A stretch of 54,299 nucleotides of DNA from Chiloscyllium plagiosum (lineage: Eukaryota), in contig NC_057719.1 in the NCBI RefSeq assembly GCF_004010195.1, positions 23,245,686 through 23,299,984 of the forward strand. The letters run 5' to 3'. The notes beneath the pieces are model-generated. The model was not told the origin of the DNA and made no database searches. It saw only the letters and a list, made by a program, of their open reading frames with translations. The position numbers and the translations under genes were made by a program. The first letter of the stretch is position 1, and every line of letters starts with the position of its first letter. Of this stretch, positions 25,750 through 36,816 are shown piece by piece.

Positions 25750-26651
25750 CAAGCAGCTCTAGCAAATTTCCCTGCCAGTATATTAGTCCCCTTCCAATTT
25801 AGGTGTAATCCGTCCTTCTTGTACAGGTCACTTCTACCCCAAAAAAGATTCCAATGGTCCAAAAATGTGAATCATTCTCCCATACACCAGCTCCTCAGCC
25901 ATGCATTCATCTACTCTATCCTTCTTGTCCTACCCTCACTAGCACGTAGCACCGGGAGTAATCCAGATATTACTACTCTCGAGAACCTCCTTTTTAAATT
26001 CCTGCCTATCTGCAATCTCCCTTCAGACTCTCAACTTTTTCCGTTCCTATGTCATTGGCTCCAATGTGGACAATGACCTCTTGCTAGCCCCTCTCCCCCG
26101 TGAGAACATTCTGCACCCTCTCTGAGACATTCTTGATCCTGGCACCAGGGAAGCAACACACCGTTCTGATTTTTCACTGCTGGCCACAGAAACATCTGTC
26201 TATACCTTGTACTGAAGAATCTACTAATACAATTGATTGCCTGGAACCCGACATACCTCTCATTGCATTAGAGCCAGTCTCAATACCAGAAATTTGCCAA
26301 TCGTGCTACGTTCCCCTGAGAATCCATCACCTTCTACCTTTTCCAAAACAGCATACTTGTTTGAAATGGGTATAGCCACAAAGACCCCTGCACTAGCTGC
26401 CTACCTCTCTTACTTTTCCTGGAGTTAACCCATCTATGTGATTGTATCTGAGACTTCCCCCCCCCCTTCCTATAACTGTCATCCATCACATACTGTTGTT
26501 GTTGAAAATTCCTCGTTGTTTCTAACTGTCTCTCCAACCGATCCATTCGATCTGATAAGATTCGCAGCCAACAGCATTTATGGCAGATATAATCCGCTGT
26601 AACCCTTAAACACTCTTTAAACTCCCACATCTGACAAGAAGTGCACATCAC
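25750..26651 (-). pseudogene. CR1 ORF1 (zinc finger/leucine zipper plus SGNH esterase), frameshifted
   Basis: MMCTSCQMWE...YICHKC...MDRLERQLE, followed by esterase motifs homologous to 19397-19765. Confidence 0.85.
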
Positions 26652-27261
26652 TCTACCAAAGGCTATTTTTGCTTCTTCACAATTTACAGATCCAGAAAAT
26701 AATACTGTCTTATTCCTCTACAAACATTGCCCCAGGTTAAATTAATAGTTATGGCTTATATTTTAAGTTTAATCAAGACACATATCTCCAAAAATGTATA
26801 ATCAAGAAAGAAGCCACTCTACTCACTACTGCAGACTTTCTGTAGGTCTCACTTAAAACAACAATACATTTATCTGCTTCTGTGCTGTGAACTTCACCCA
26901 GCAGTCCCTCCAAGATCAGTTGTGAATTTCACTGTTCATTAATTTTCCCAGACGCACTTCGTAGTCCAGCGATACATGAATTCAAACAGCAAAGGCAGTG
27001 TCAGTTTCTTTCTTTCTTTCTCTCTCTCCTGCACTGACCTCACCATGTGCTTCCTTTGTCTGTTCTTCTCCCTGTTAAAACTGCTGTTGTTTTGACTTTT
27101 TTTTCCAAAGTTCCAAAACAATGCAACAGCATATAAAACAGTAATTGCTGCTCCTGGAATTCGAGGAAATCACCTCCAGCACCTAAAATACCTCAAAAAA
27201 GGAGCAGCTACTACAGCCAGAAATTTTTCCCATCCTCCATCTTGGATTAACCAGTATCCTT

Positions 27262-27623
27262 CAGTTTCTGTTAAGTCACCTCTCATCCTACTTCACTCCA
27301 ATGGGAAAAGCCCTAGCTCCCTCAACCTTTCTTCATAAGACATCCCCTTCAGTCCAGGCAGCATCCTGGTAAGTCTCCTCTGCACCCTCTCTAAGGCTTC
27401 CACATCTTTCCTATAATGAGGCATCTAGGAGAAAGTGAGGACTGCAGATGCTGGAGATCAGAGCTGAAAAATTCCTGAAGAATTCCTGAAGAAGGGCTTA
27501 TGCCCAAAACGCCGATTCTCCTGCTCCTTGGATGCTGCCTGACCCTGCTGCGCTTTTCCAGCAACACACTTTTCAGCTATAATGAGGCAACCAAAATTGA
27601 ACACAATATTCCAAGTGTGGCAT
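27262..27623 (-). mobile_element. CR1 continuation of 22596-22942
   Basis: Sequence continues collinearly with other CR1 copies (AAGTCACCTCTCATCC...AATATTCCAAGTGTGG). Confidence 0.85.
27424..27576. mobile_element. Mini Penelope-like insertion with 13-bp TSD
   Basis: CTATAATGAGGCA at 27411-27423 and 27577-27589; inverted LTR end joined to CTGAAGAAGGGCTTATGCCC. Confidence 0.88.
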
Positions 27624-27992
27624 GAAGTGTATAAGATCATGAGAGACATGGATAGGGTGCATGTACTCAGTCTTTTTTCCAGGGTTGGGGGATCCAGGAC
27701 TAGAGGACTTAAGGATAGAGGGGAAAGAATAAAAGGCAACCTGAGGGGTAAGGTTTTTGCACAGAGGGTGGTATGCATATGGAATGAGCTGCGAGCAAAA
27801 GTTGTTGAGGCGGGTACACTAACAACATTTAAAAGGCATTTAGACAACTACATGGATAGGAGGGGTTTAGAGGGATATGAACCAAGTGCAGGGAAATGGT
27901 GTTAGCATTGATAGACATTTTGGTCGGCATGGACCAATTTGGGCCAAAGGGCCTGTATCCAAACTGTAGGACTCAATGACTCTATCACTCTA
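27624..27992 (+). mobile_element. CR1 3' end, continuation of 20986-22595
   Basis: EVYKIMR...QRVVCIWNEL...FKRHLD; tail GACTCTATCACTCTAT. Confidence 0.9.
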
Positions 27993-28118
27993 TATAAACC
28001 AACATTTTCCTAGCTACTATCAGTTCTGAAGATGGGTCACTAGATCCAAAATGTTAACTCTGATTTCTCTTCACTGATGCTGCCTAATGAGCTTTTCCAG
28101 CAACTTCTGTTTTTGCTT
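27993..28118 (+). mobile_element. Inverted Penelope LTR arm, second part
   Basis: Reverse complement of 20150-20280, including a mutated hammerhead CTGAAGATGGGTCACTAGATCCAAAATGTTAAC. Confidence 0.8.
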
Positions 28119-28280
28119 ATGTGACTAGTTACAAATGAGTTGGCTATGCAGCCCATGCGACACAAGACTTGGGGGGGGGGGGGGGCGGTGGTGTGGGGAG
28201 GCTAACCAAGACAGAGGACAGTGATCACATTCTGAAATTGTTAATCTCAATGTTGAGTCCTTCAGGCCATGAAGTGTCTT
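28119..28280 (-). mobile_element. Old Penelope-like element, right part
   Basis: Minus strand encodes PEGLNIEINNFR (PLE C-terminus). Confidence 0.6.
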
Positions 28281-28349
28281 GGCCAACAAAAAAAGAAATT
28301 GCCGCCGACTCTCAGCAGGTTTGGTAGTGTCTGTAGAGAGAAAACAGAG

Positions 28350-29590
28350 TTATGCATAAATGGTCTTTGTCAATTGGGAGAATAGTACAAGTGGAAGCTC
28401 TTGGGAGTCTGTGCCAAACTTCAAATTGTTTCAATTCCATCAATGACTTAGATGAGGCGAATTAAAACATGGCAGATAAATGTTCAGAGGATACCAAGGT
28501 AGGTAGGAAATTATGTCGTGAAGAAGCCATAAGAAGTTACAGACAAATAGAGATATGCTGAGTGAGTGGAAAAAATCTGGCAGATGAATTATTGGTGGGA
28601 AAATATATAAAGTTGTGCACTTTGGTAGGAAGAATGAGTAAGCAGAGTATTATTGAAATGGAGTATGGCTGGAAAGGTCCAATGTGCAGAGGGAATTAGG
28701 TGTCCTTGTGCATGGGTCACAAAAAGTTAGCAATCAGGTTTAACACATAACCAAGAAGGCTAATGGGATGCTATCCTTTATTATGAGTAAGGACGTTATG
28801 ATGCAGTTATGGAGGACATGGGTAAGACTGCAGCTTGAATACTATGTGCAGCTTTGGTTTCCTTATTTAAGGAAGGATATAAATGCATTCGATGTGGTTC
28901 AGAGGACTTTACTAAATTGATACCTGGAATGAATAGATTGGCTTATTTGGAAAGGTTGGACAGTCTGAGCTTGTTTTCACAGTCTACTGATTGTAATGAT
29001 GTCAACCAACTGGATCTCATGTAACATGAATTCCCTGATTGGGGTTATTAACCTGGTCCAATCAGGGCGCCCTGGCTGACGGATAAAACAGGAGTGTCAG
29101 AGGTTCTGTTCACTCTGAGAGCTGGCTCTGAGGAAGCTGGATCAGTGTCAAGTTCTATGTACGTGTAAATAAAATGACAAGGTACCGGCCTGTGTGAAGT
29201 TATTTCACACCAGAATTTAGAGGAGTGAGGGTGATTCAATTGAAGTTTATAAGATCCCGAATGATCTTGATAGGGTGATCATGGGAATGATTTTCCCTCT
29301 TGTAGGTGTGCCTGTAACTAAGGGACTCCATGCTAAAGTTAGGGGGTTGTCCCTTTAGAATAAAGATGAGGAGACGTGTTTTTTTTTCAGAGGGTGGTAC
29401 AGCATCAGAAATTGGAGGTGGAATCAATAAATATTTATTGTGGTAAAACAAATCTTGTTAAGTAGGGGAATAAAATGTAATAGATGGGGGTGAGATAGTA
29501 TATGAAACAGGTCAGTCACAATCTCGCTGAATGGCGGAGCAGGCTCACGGTGTTGAATTGTCTCCTTCCACTCTTATTTAGTTTGTTCAT
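28350..29590 (+). mobile_element. Old CR1 RT and 3' UTR remnant
   Basis: Degenerate INDLD, VVHFGRKN, LEYYVQLW and FFSEG motifs. Confidence 0.8.
28992..29207 (+). mobile_element. Probable solo LTR inserted in old CR1
   Basis: TGTAAT...ATTTCA ends, opposed CCAAT boxes, GATAAAAA, AAATAAA; host CR1 resumes after it. No clean TSD. Confidence 0.6.
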
Positions 29591-30202
29591 ATAAAACTCT
29601 CCCACTCCATCCCCATGGGTTTTGAGGCACTTGTTTTCATTAACAGTCATGAACGTTGCTGAAGATATCTAAACTCTGCAAATAAATTGCTAATTCATTA
29701 ACAATACCATCAATAATTTTGTGAGTTGGAAAAGATCTCATGTAATATCAAATTCAGACAGAAAACAGACAGCCAATTCACAATGTGACCAGAATAAGTG
29801 GCATTTGAGTTGTTGTGACAAGAAGACAATTTGGCTGCGTTATTGTACTCAACTCTGGCCCGAAAAGAGAAGATCACCCATTTTTCAAGTATTAAATATC
29901 CCAGCTTAACATCAAATCCTAGATTTTTAAACAGAGGCTGCAAAATCCAAATCTCCCTGAAGGTGTCCTACAGTTCAATCTCCTAATCTACCATGGATTG
30001 TTGTATCTCCCAAGTAATGTCATTCAGAGAGCCAAACCTTGAAGCTATCACAGGAGGGAAATTATGGGTAGACAAGAAACCATAGATAATGTGGAAAATC
30101 GAGGATAAGGGGAGGAACTACCTACTAAAGCAGCAATGTTACAAATCATTAAGGATATCTTCTCTTCTGCACAGTAATCTCACTTCAACCTGCTCCTCAT
30201 AG

Positions 30203-30510
30203 TAGATTAGATTACTTACAGTGCGAAAACAGGCCCTTCAGCCCAACAAGTCCACACCGAACATCTGAAGAGCAACCCACCCAGACCCATTCCCCTACAC
30301 CTAACACTACGGGCAATTTAGCATGGCCAATTCACCTAAACTGCACATCTTTGTACTGTGGGAGGAAACCGGAGCACCTGGAGGAAACCCACACAGACAC
30401 AGGGAGGATGTGCAAACTCCCCACACAGACAGTTGTCCGAGTTGGGAATTGAACCCAGGTCTCTGGTGCTGTGAGGCAGCAGTGCTAACCACTGTGTCAC
30501 CATGCTGCCC
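30203..30510 (-). mobile_element. HE1-like SINE, full length
   Basis: A and B boxes, core and (AATCT)n tail as at 8755. Confidence 0.9.
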
Positions 30511-31245
30511 AATGCAAAGAGTGGCAAATGTCTCAACCAGTACTCCTGTTCACCTTCTTGATGCCCTTAACCACCTTGTCTGATGGATGTTTTTCTTAAA
30601 TAACTAAAAACATTAAAATTGCATCAAAAACAGAAAACAAAACCTTTTGGCTTCATGATTTGCTCTGTAGGAGTTAATGTTGGACCCTACATTAACCTCA
30701 ACCCAATTTGATAATGTTTTAAGAACTCAATTGGCAAAAAGACAGAATCTCTTCAGATCTCAAAGATGACAGATCTATTAACCTAGATCTCTTCTCAGTC
30801 TTAACAATAATATCTATATTATTAATGCAATTTGTACTTGATTCCTGTCATGCAATAAACTACACAGTATTTTAGTCAAGAGTCTCTTCACATTCAGATT
30901 TACCAGCAGTTTTACTCTATCACTGTCAGTTAAGTAGGTCTTTAGACCCACCTAATGAAAGAAGATCGCAGCAACAAACCTACTCAGCCACAAGCTGCTT
31001 GTGGTTAACATCAAAGCAAGTGTAACAGAACATGGGAACAGGGTCTGCAAATATATTTTGGACTATTTATAATGGTGGCGGGCAAGTGGCGATGTGGAAT
31101 GATTGAGTTGAATGTCTTATTTCTTTGCTGGAACATCTATGTGTTAACATTGAACTCTTCATTGGGAGAGTATGTAATGAGAAACTAGGCCAGGATACTT
31201 CTCAAACCTGCTCCCTCGCCCTCTGGAGAAGAGAGAGCAGTTCAC

Positions 31246-31345
31246 CGAGCTCTGATGAACGGTCATCCAGACTCGAAACATTAGCTTGTCCTGTCTCCAT
31301 GGATGCTGCCTGACCCACAATGATCTCCAGCATTTGTTGTTTTCA
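31246..31345 (+). mobile_element. Penelope-like LTR end with hammerhead motif
   Basis: CGAGCT-CTGATGA-A-CGGTCATCCAGACTC-GAAA-CATT-AGCTTG, then GATGCTGCCTGACC...CTCCAGCA. Confidence 0.7.
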
Positions 31346-31599
31346 CACCTAGAAAAGTGCCTGTAGTAATAATTTGTAATAAACTAAATGAAGAACTGCC
31401 AAGTTGACTTCCTAAGAAGAAATAATTAGGGTATTGCAAGATGAAAATGTCAAATTAGTACCACATGGGAACCTGTCAGGACTGGTAGTGCAAACCTAAG
31501 TGGATTAATTAACTTTTAACTTTTACATAGACATGAGATGGAATACATTGAACGTTAGCATTGTTTTTGGGAAAGCGAGCTGCAACCCTTCAGGTACAA

Positions 31600-32110
31600 A
31601 ATATTTAAAGACATTTGACCCTGGGCTGAGAATGCAAACTGGCATTGAAGAGAAATTAGGGAGACTGAAGATAGGTTCAAGAAAGTGGGTTTTAAGGTAT
31701 GTTTAGAAGTCAGCAGAAAAGCACAAGTTGGCTGATGGCTCTGCTGTTTGCAGGAATCTGGGGACAAGGCGAGGTCATTCTTGATTAAAGTGGAAAGAGG
31801 AGGGCAGATTAGCAGGGCAGGCAGATTTCAACAGCATACTTGCTGAGTCATTGAGGGACTAACAGAGAAGTGCATCTCTGCATTGATGGAATGAGAGACA
31901 ATGAGCGAAGGAAGGTTGTAATAATGTGGGTGAATTGAACTTTGTACAGGTTTCAATGTAGGTAGCAGGGTTATGGATAGGATGTTGTTGTGCAGAGTAT
32001 TTGAAAAATTAGGCCTAGAGGCAACAAAGGGAAACTTTCAGTGCTTATGGGAATAAAGTAAGAATCGAATCATATGATATTTCAGACATGGAATAGGATT
32101 TGAACAAACA
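31600..32110 (-). mobile_element. Very old L2-like LINE remnant
   Basis: Weak resemblance to vertebrate L2 3' regions (GGTTCAAGAAAGTGGGTTTTAAGG). Confidence 0.35.
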
Positions 32111-33027
32111 ATCAACCGATTCAGAAGTTGGAGAGTTAACAACTAAGATTTATCTCCATGTTCTTGATGCGTCATGACTATAATGCACAGAAAAAGTGTA
32201 GTCAAGCTTCAGCAAATTATGGAAATATCTCTCAGTAATGCTAAGAAGAGATAAACATGAATGAGGGCTGATTTTAAAGCCTATTTTTGAGCATATAACT
32301 GATGCATGCCTGAACCAGGAGACTGAAGAATTTTTCTCTATTGACCCTTGACTTGTATGGTAATATGCATGACAAGCTTCCAGTACCTGTTATGTACGTT
32401 GCGGGTAGTTTAGCTGTGTGGTCAAATGGAACTTGGGGCACTCAGTAAATCTCGAGAAGAATGAAGGGAAGGGAAATTGGTGGAGTGTTGGTGAGTGATG
32501 GCCAGCAGTATTTTATATTGCTGAAAGGAGTATTGCTGATCCTTCTGCCTCCACATCAAGGCTGAAAGAAACGTTTATATTATTGTGATGGCAGACTCCA
32601 GCAATTCCCCTTAAGGCTTGCTGGTTAGGTCACTTCCAAACCAGGTTGTACTGAGGACAGAAAAACCCCAGGGCAGAATCTTATAGTGGCCTATAGTGAG
32701 ATTTGTGATCGAATCAGACAAGAAATGCAGTAAACCCCATCCCAACGTTGGGAGCAATTCACTGCATCTTTCGTTGTATTTACCAAGCAGTGAGGTAGGT
32801 TTCATGCTAGGGAGCAGTGAGTTGCTAATTAAGGAGAATTAAAACTTGCTAAATGCCTTTTAATATCACAATTCACTTCATTAATAATCAGTTTACCGTC
32901 TTACCAAATGCACTAAATGAGCTTTAACATCAAGAATTCTCGAGATGGAAGTCAACGTGGGTACCTGATGATTTCAGCTCCATGTTGCTCAGCACCAAAC
33001 AACATCTCATACCACAATCTTTTCTGA

Positions 33028-33708
33028 GGGGCATGGTGGCTCAGTGGTTAGCACTGTTGCCTTCACAGCACCAGAGACCTGGATTCAATTCCAACTTCAG
33101 GTGAGTATCTATATGGAGTTTGCATATTCATCTTGTGTTTGTGTGGATTTTCATTGGGTGCTCCGGTTTCTTCCCACATGCCAAAGATTAGATTACTTAT
33201 AGTGTGGAAACAGGTCCTTCGGCCCAGCAAGTCCACATCGACCCGCCGAAGCGTAACCGACCCAGACCCATTCCCCATTTACCCTTTCACCTAACACTAT
33301 GGGCGATTTAGCATGGCCAATTCGCCTAACTTGCACATTTTTGGATTGTGGGAGGAAACCGGAGCACCCGGATTTGCAGGTTAGGTGAATTGGCCATGGG
33401 GAAAGGATCGGTGGGATGCTGTTTGGAGAGTCCGTGCAGACTTAGATTAAATTACTTACAGTGTGGAAACAGGCCCTTCGGCCCAACAAGTCCACACCAA
33501 CCCGCCGAAGCGTAGCCCACCCAGACCCATTCCCCTACATTTACCCCTTCACCTAACACTACGGGCAATTTAGCAGTGCCAATTCACCTAACCTGCACAT
33601 TTTTGGACTGTGGGAGGAAACCGGAGCACCCGGAGGAAACCCACACAGACACGGGGAGAACGTGCATTGATGGGCTGAATTATTTCCATGTTGTAGGATT
33701 CTATGATC
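33028..33708 (+). mobile_element. HE1-like SINE containing two antisense HE1 3' fragments
   Basis: Plus-strand host 33028-33186, 33371-33442 and 33667-33708; minus-strand inserts near 33187-33370 and 33443-33666. Confidence 0.85.
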
Positions 33709-33997
33709 GTCATGGCATCTCTCCAATCCAATTGCAGGCTGCTTAGGAAGCGCACAGAGACTTGCAACATAGAGTATACCAACAGTTAACTTCAGAAGGC
33801 TGCTGCAAGGTCAAATTGCTCACAGAGACAGGCACCAAACTCATGAACTGGAGCTGGCTACATCTCAGGGCTGGTTGCTTACTCTCAGATCACTTTCTTC
33901 TTTAGTTCCTGCCTACATACTCATCAAATCCTAGCCTTGCCTTTTTAAAACTTCATTCATGGAATATAGATATCATGAAGTGGCTTAATTTTTAACA

Positions 33998-34264
33998 ACT
34001 GCTGCCTCAAAGCGCTAGGGACCCAGGTTCGATTCCATGCTTGGGCGACTGTCTATGCAGAGTTTCCTTCAACACCATCCCTGAGTCTGTCCTGGTTTCT
34101 TCCCACAGTCCAAAGATGTGCAGCGAGGTCAATTGACCTTACTAAATTGCCCGTAGTGACAAGGGAAAAGTAGGGTTATAGGGGTGGGTCTAGGTGGGAT
34201 GCTTTTCAGAGGGTTAATGTGGACTCAATGAGACAAATGGCTTGCTTCCATACTGTAGGGTTTC
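33998..34264 (+). mobile_element. HE1-like SINE
   Basis: B box GGTTCGATTCC, core CCCACAGTCCAAAGATGTGCAG, tail CCATACTGTAGGG. Confidence 0.82.
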
Positions 34265-34274
34265 CAAAAATAAA

Positions 34275-34500
34275 TTCAACAGCCAGACCAGTATTTCTTG
34301 CTAATTTTTTCATTGCTCAGAGGGCAGTTGAGTGTCAGCCTCATTGGAAATCCGATTTCCTCCCCTAAAGGACATTAGTGAACCAGATGGGTTTTTCTAA
34401 CAATCAGCAGTGATTTTGTGGTTGTTATTAGACTCTTAATCCCAGATTTCTATTCAAATTCTATCTGCCATGGTGGACTTTGAAACCATGTGTTTCCCCA
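34275..34500 (-). mobile_element. SINE-B
   Basis: CCCTAAAGGACATTAGTGAACCAGATGGG is the reverse complement of 42330-42360. Confidence 0.75.
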
Positions 34501-34750
34501 GTGTTTATTGCCCGTCCCTAGTTGCCCTTCAGAAGGTTGTGGTGAGCTGCCTTCTTGAACCGCTGCAGTCCACTTGCTATGGGTGGACCTATGATGCAAT
34601 TGGAAAGGGTTTTTGACCAAGCGGTGGTACATTTCGAAGTCAGGATGCTGAGTGGCCTGCAGGGGAACTTGAAAGTGGTGGTGGTCACATGCGTCTGTTG
34701 CCCATGTCCTTCTAAAACAAGTGGCAGAGCATGAGCCATTGGTGGGAGAT
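34501..34750 (-). mobile_element. 3' end of a CR1/L2-group LINE sharing the SINE-B tail
   Basis: Frame ends GLQRFKKAAHHNLLKGN*, overlapping AAGGGCAACTAGGGACGGGCAATAAA. Confidence 0.7.
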
Positions 34751-34804
34751 AGGTAGAAGAGATAGAGTGATTGAAACAGTAGAGGAAAGAGTGTGCCACT
34801 TGCC

Positions 34805-35020
34805 TTAGAGAAGCTCATTGTTATTCTTCTGGCACAGTTGACAATTCTCTGCTCCATGGAGACTTCCTTGATCCGAGTGACGGTCTTGGACCAGGCTGCA
34901 AGAGTTGTGGGCTCCTCTGCTGGTGCTCTGGAAGGAAGATCCCCCCCCCCCTCCTTTACACTACCCCATCCACCAAAATCTCTTGGTCGTTGTTTGAGAA
35001 CCAATATGCCATCTTCCCCT
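34805..35020 (-). pseudogene. Harbinger Myb/SANT-like DNA-binding protein remnant
   Basis: Across frameshifts: KMAYWFSNNDQEILVDGVV*RR...TLAAWSK...VS...QLCQKNNNELL, matching the F-x-x-x-D/E-x-x-x-L...W...R-x-x-x-Q-C-x-K-x-x-x-D/E-L pattern. Confidence 0.6.
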
Positions 35021-36700
35021 TCCCCCACATCCTCGCACTGAGCAAAGTAGATTTGGAGTTCCAGTGCTCATCCAGATGCCTGGTGGCCTTTAAAATATAG
35101 CATGAATACCAGGGATGCTGGCCTTGGTGGATATCCAGTAAGTTGTTTGGTAAATGATGCTTGGTAAGATGTGGTTCAAATCAGACATGAAGGACATCAT
35201 AGAGCCAGATGAAAAGATGATGAAGCGAGTTTGGTAAAATACATCAATAATAGAGCTAGGCCTCACAATGAGAAACTCTCCAAAATACTCAAGACAATGT
35301 GGACTTTGCCAAAAAAATTAAGAAGCAGTTCCAAGTGTCAATTCAAGTATGGACAAATAAATGTTATGGATGAGCCTGAAAGAGTTGCAGGATCTTCATT
35401 TCATGTTGAACTGAGGCCTGTGCAGCTCGTTGCTAAAATCTGGATCCTGACTAATTTACAAGTGGTCTGGGTGCAGGGCACAAATCAGAAATAGACATTC
35501 CTAATGAGTCATGACTGTGACAGTAACAATATGTTGTGAGATTAAATCTTCTTTTTTCATTTGACTGTGCACTTCAATACTTAGTGAATTATCATTTTCA
35601 GCAAGGTTAGCAATTGCAGTTTATTAAATTAGAACACTTTTAGTAAGTTTACTTCTTCACTATTTTAATGGGGCTGCTAAACTATTTAAAACAAGTAGTT
35701 CAACGCATCTCTTAAAATAGCCAACACTTTATATGGTCTTATAAAGGATATGGACAAATTTACTGGAGTAACTTTTAAATTAAGTAAAGATTATAATGTG
35801 CTTATCTATATCAATCCATAAAATGTTGGATTTCAAACCAGTAGCTCCTTTGACGTTATTCCAAAGTTTTACTTGGATTGATCCTTTTGTCAAATCTTTC
35901 CAATTCACTTGGAGTCTTTACGCTGAAATTGTGTTTTGAATTACTACTGGTTTGTTATAAGCACAATATTTTTAACCAGTTGCCTTTTCTTTAATACAGT
36001 ACTCAAAGTATGAATTATCTCTGTTATTCAATACTAACAACGGGTGCATTAACTCTTACAGATATATGTTTTGGGCATTTTTCCAGATTCCTGAGACAGT
36101 TCTACTGTCAAAAAAAACCAACTTGTCAGACTACGCCTGAGAGCTCATTACAAGGTTTTAGCTTTTACCATGATATAATGAAGTCTAATTGCATTTAGGT
36201 TTCCACACAGTTCATGGAAAATTGAATAGTTTGTGATTTATCTCTTAGACCATGACATAAGCACTCTTTCAGATGATGATGGCCCAACTGAAATGCACAT
36301 TATCAGATATTATGCTTAATTATTTTAAACCAGATAGATTGCCATGCACATGTACTGTCAGTACACAAATTACTCTTAAAAAGATCTATGCCATCACTAC
36401 ATAATTGAATATGTTTACTTTCGCTTGCAAATAGAACTCCAGAGTGCAATTGCAAGGTGATAAAAGTCACTGATCCATTCATCTTCTGACAAAGTGGTAA
36501 ATATAAAAATGATTACTCAGATTAAATTTAGCCTCATGAAAAAATGGAAAAAGTTGTCAGCAAAAAGGTCACCCAACATATCAATGTTCTGCTACATGTC
36601 AAAGAAGATGGCATGAACATTCATTTCCTTAAGTTCATAGTGACGCCTATCCACTTAGCAGGAAGGTAGACAGCTTTCCAAGTATAAAATGTACACTCAC

Positions 36701-36816
36701 GGGTTTATATTTCCTCCATTCCTCGGCAGTGCGTGGGAAATTCAAGTTATACTTTTCCTGTGCTATTTCTCTTCAGGGCCATTACAGGAAACAGCCAAAC
36801 TAGAAATGCCTCCAAA
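36701..36816 (-). other. Candidate spliced non-coding or UTR exon (116 nt)
   Basis: Acceptor CTTAAT...TTTGTCTCCTTTCAG, donor CCC/GTGAGT, apparently unique DNA; stops in all three frames. Confidence 0.4.

Larger units (their letters stand above)
22945..27255 (-). mobile_element. Near full-length CR1 LINE (5' UTR, ORF1, ORF2, tail), disrupted
   Basis: ORF1 zinc finger and coiled coil, endonuclease LNCIYFNARGL/GDFNF/SDHN, RT, tail AGAGTCATAGAG. Same subfamily as 13398-15420 and 53984-54299. Confidence 0.96.
32671..35220. mobile_element. Decayed PIF/Harbinger DNA transposon, copy 1
   Basis: Terminus GGGCAGAATCTTA; 32790-32970 is reverse-complement homologous to 46300-46480; Myb-like remnant at 34805-35020. 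Confidence 0.55.

Noticed and set aside
28171..28201. Poly-G tract as a functional G-quadruplex
   Set aside because: Homopolymer expansion inside a decayed Penelope LTR; no other support.
30430..30510. tRNA gene (also near 8950-9018 and 50260-50332)
   Set aside because: A and B boxes belong to SINE heads; no full cloverleaf, and a SINE body follows.
34450..35028. 192-aa ORF as a novel gene
   Set aside because: Chance read-through of Harbinger Myb remnant, LINE tail and SINE sequence.
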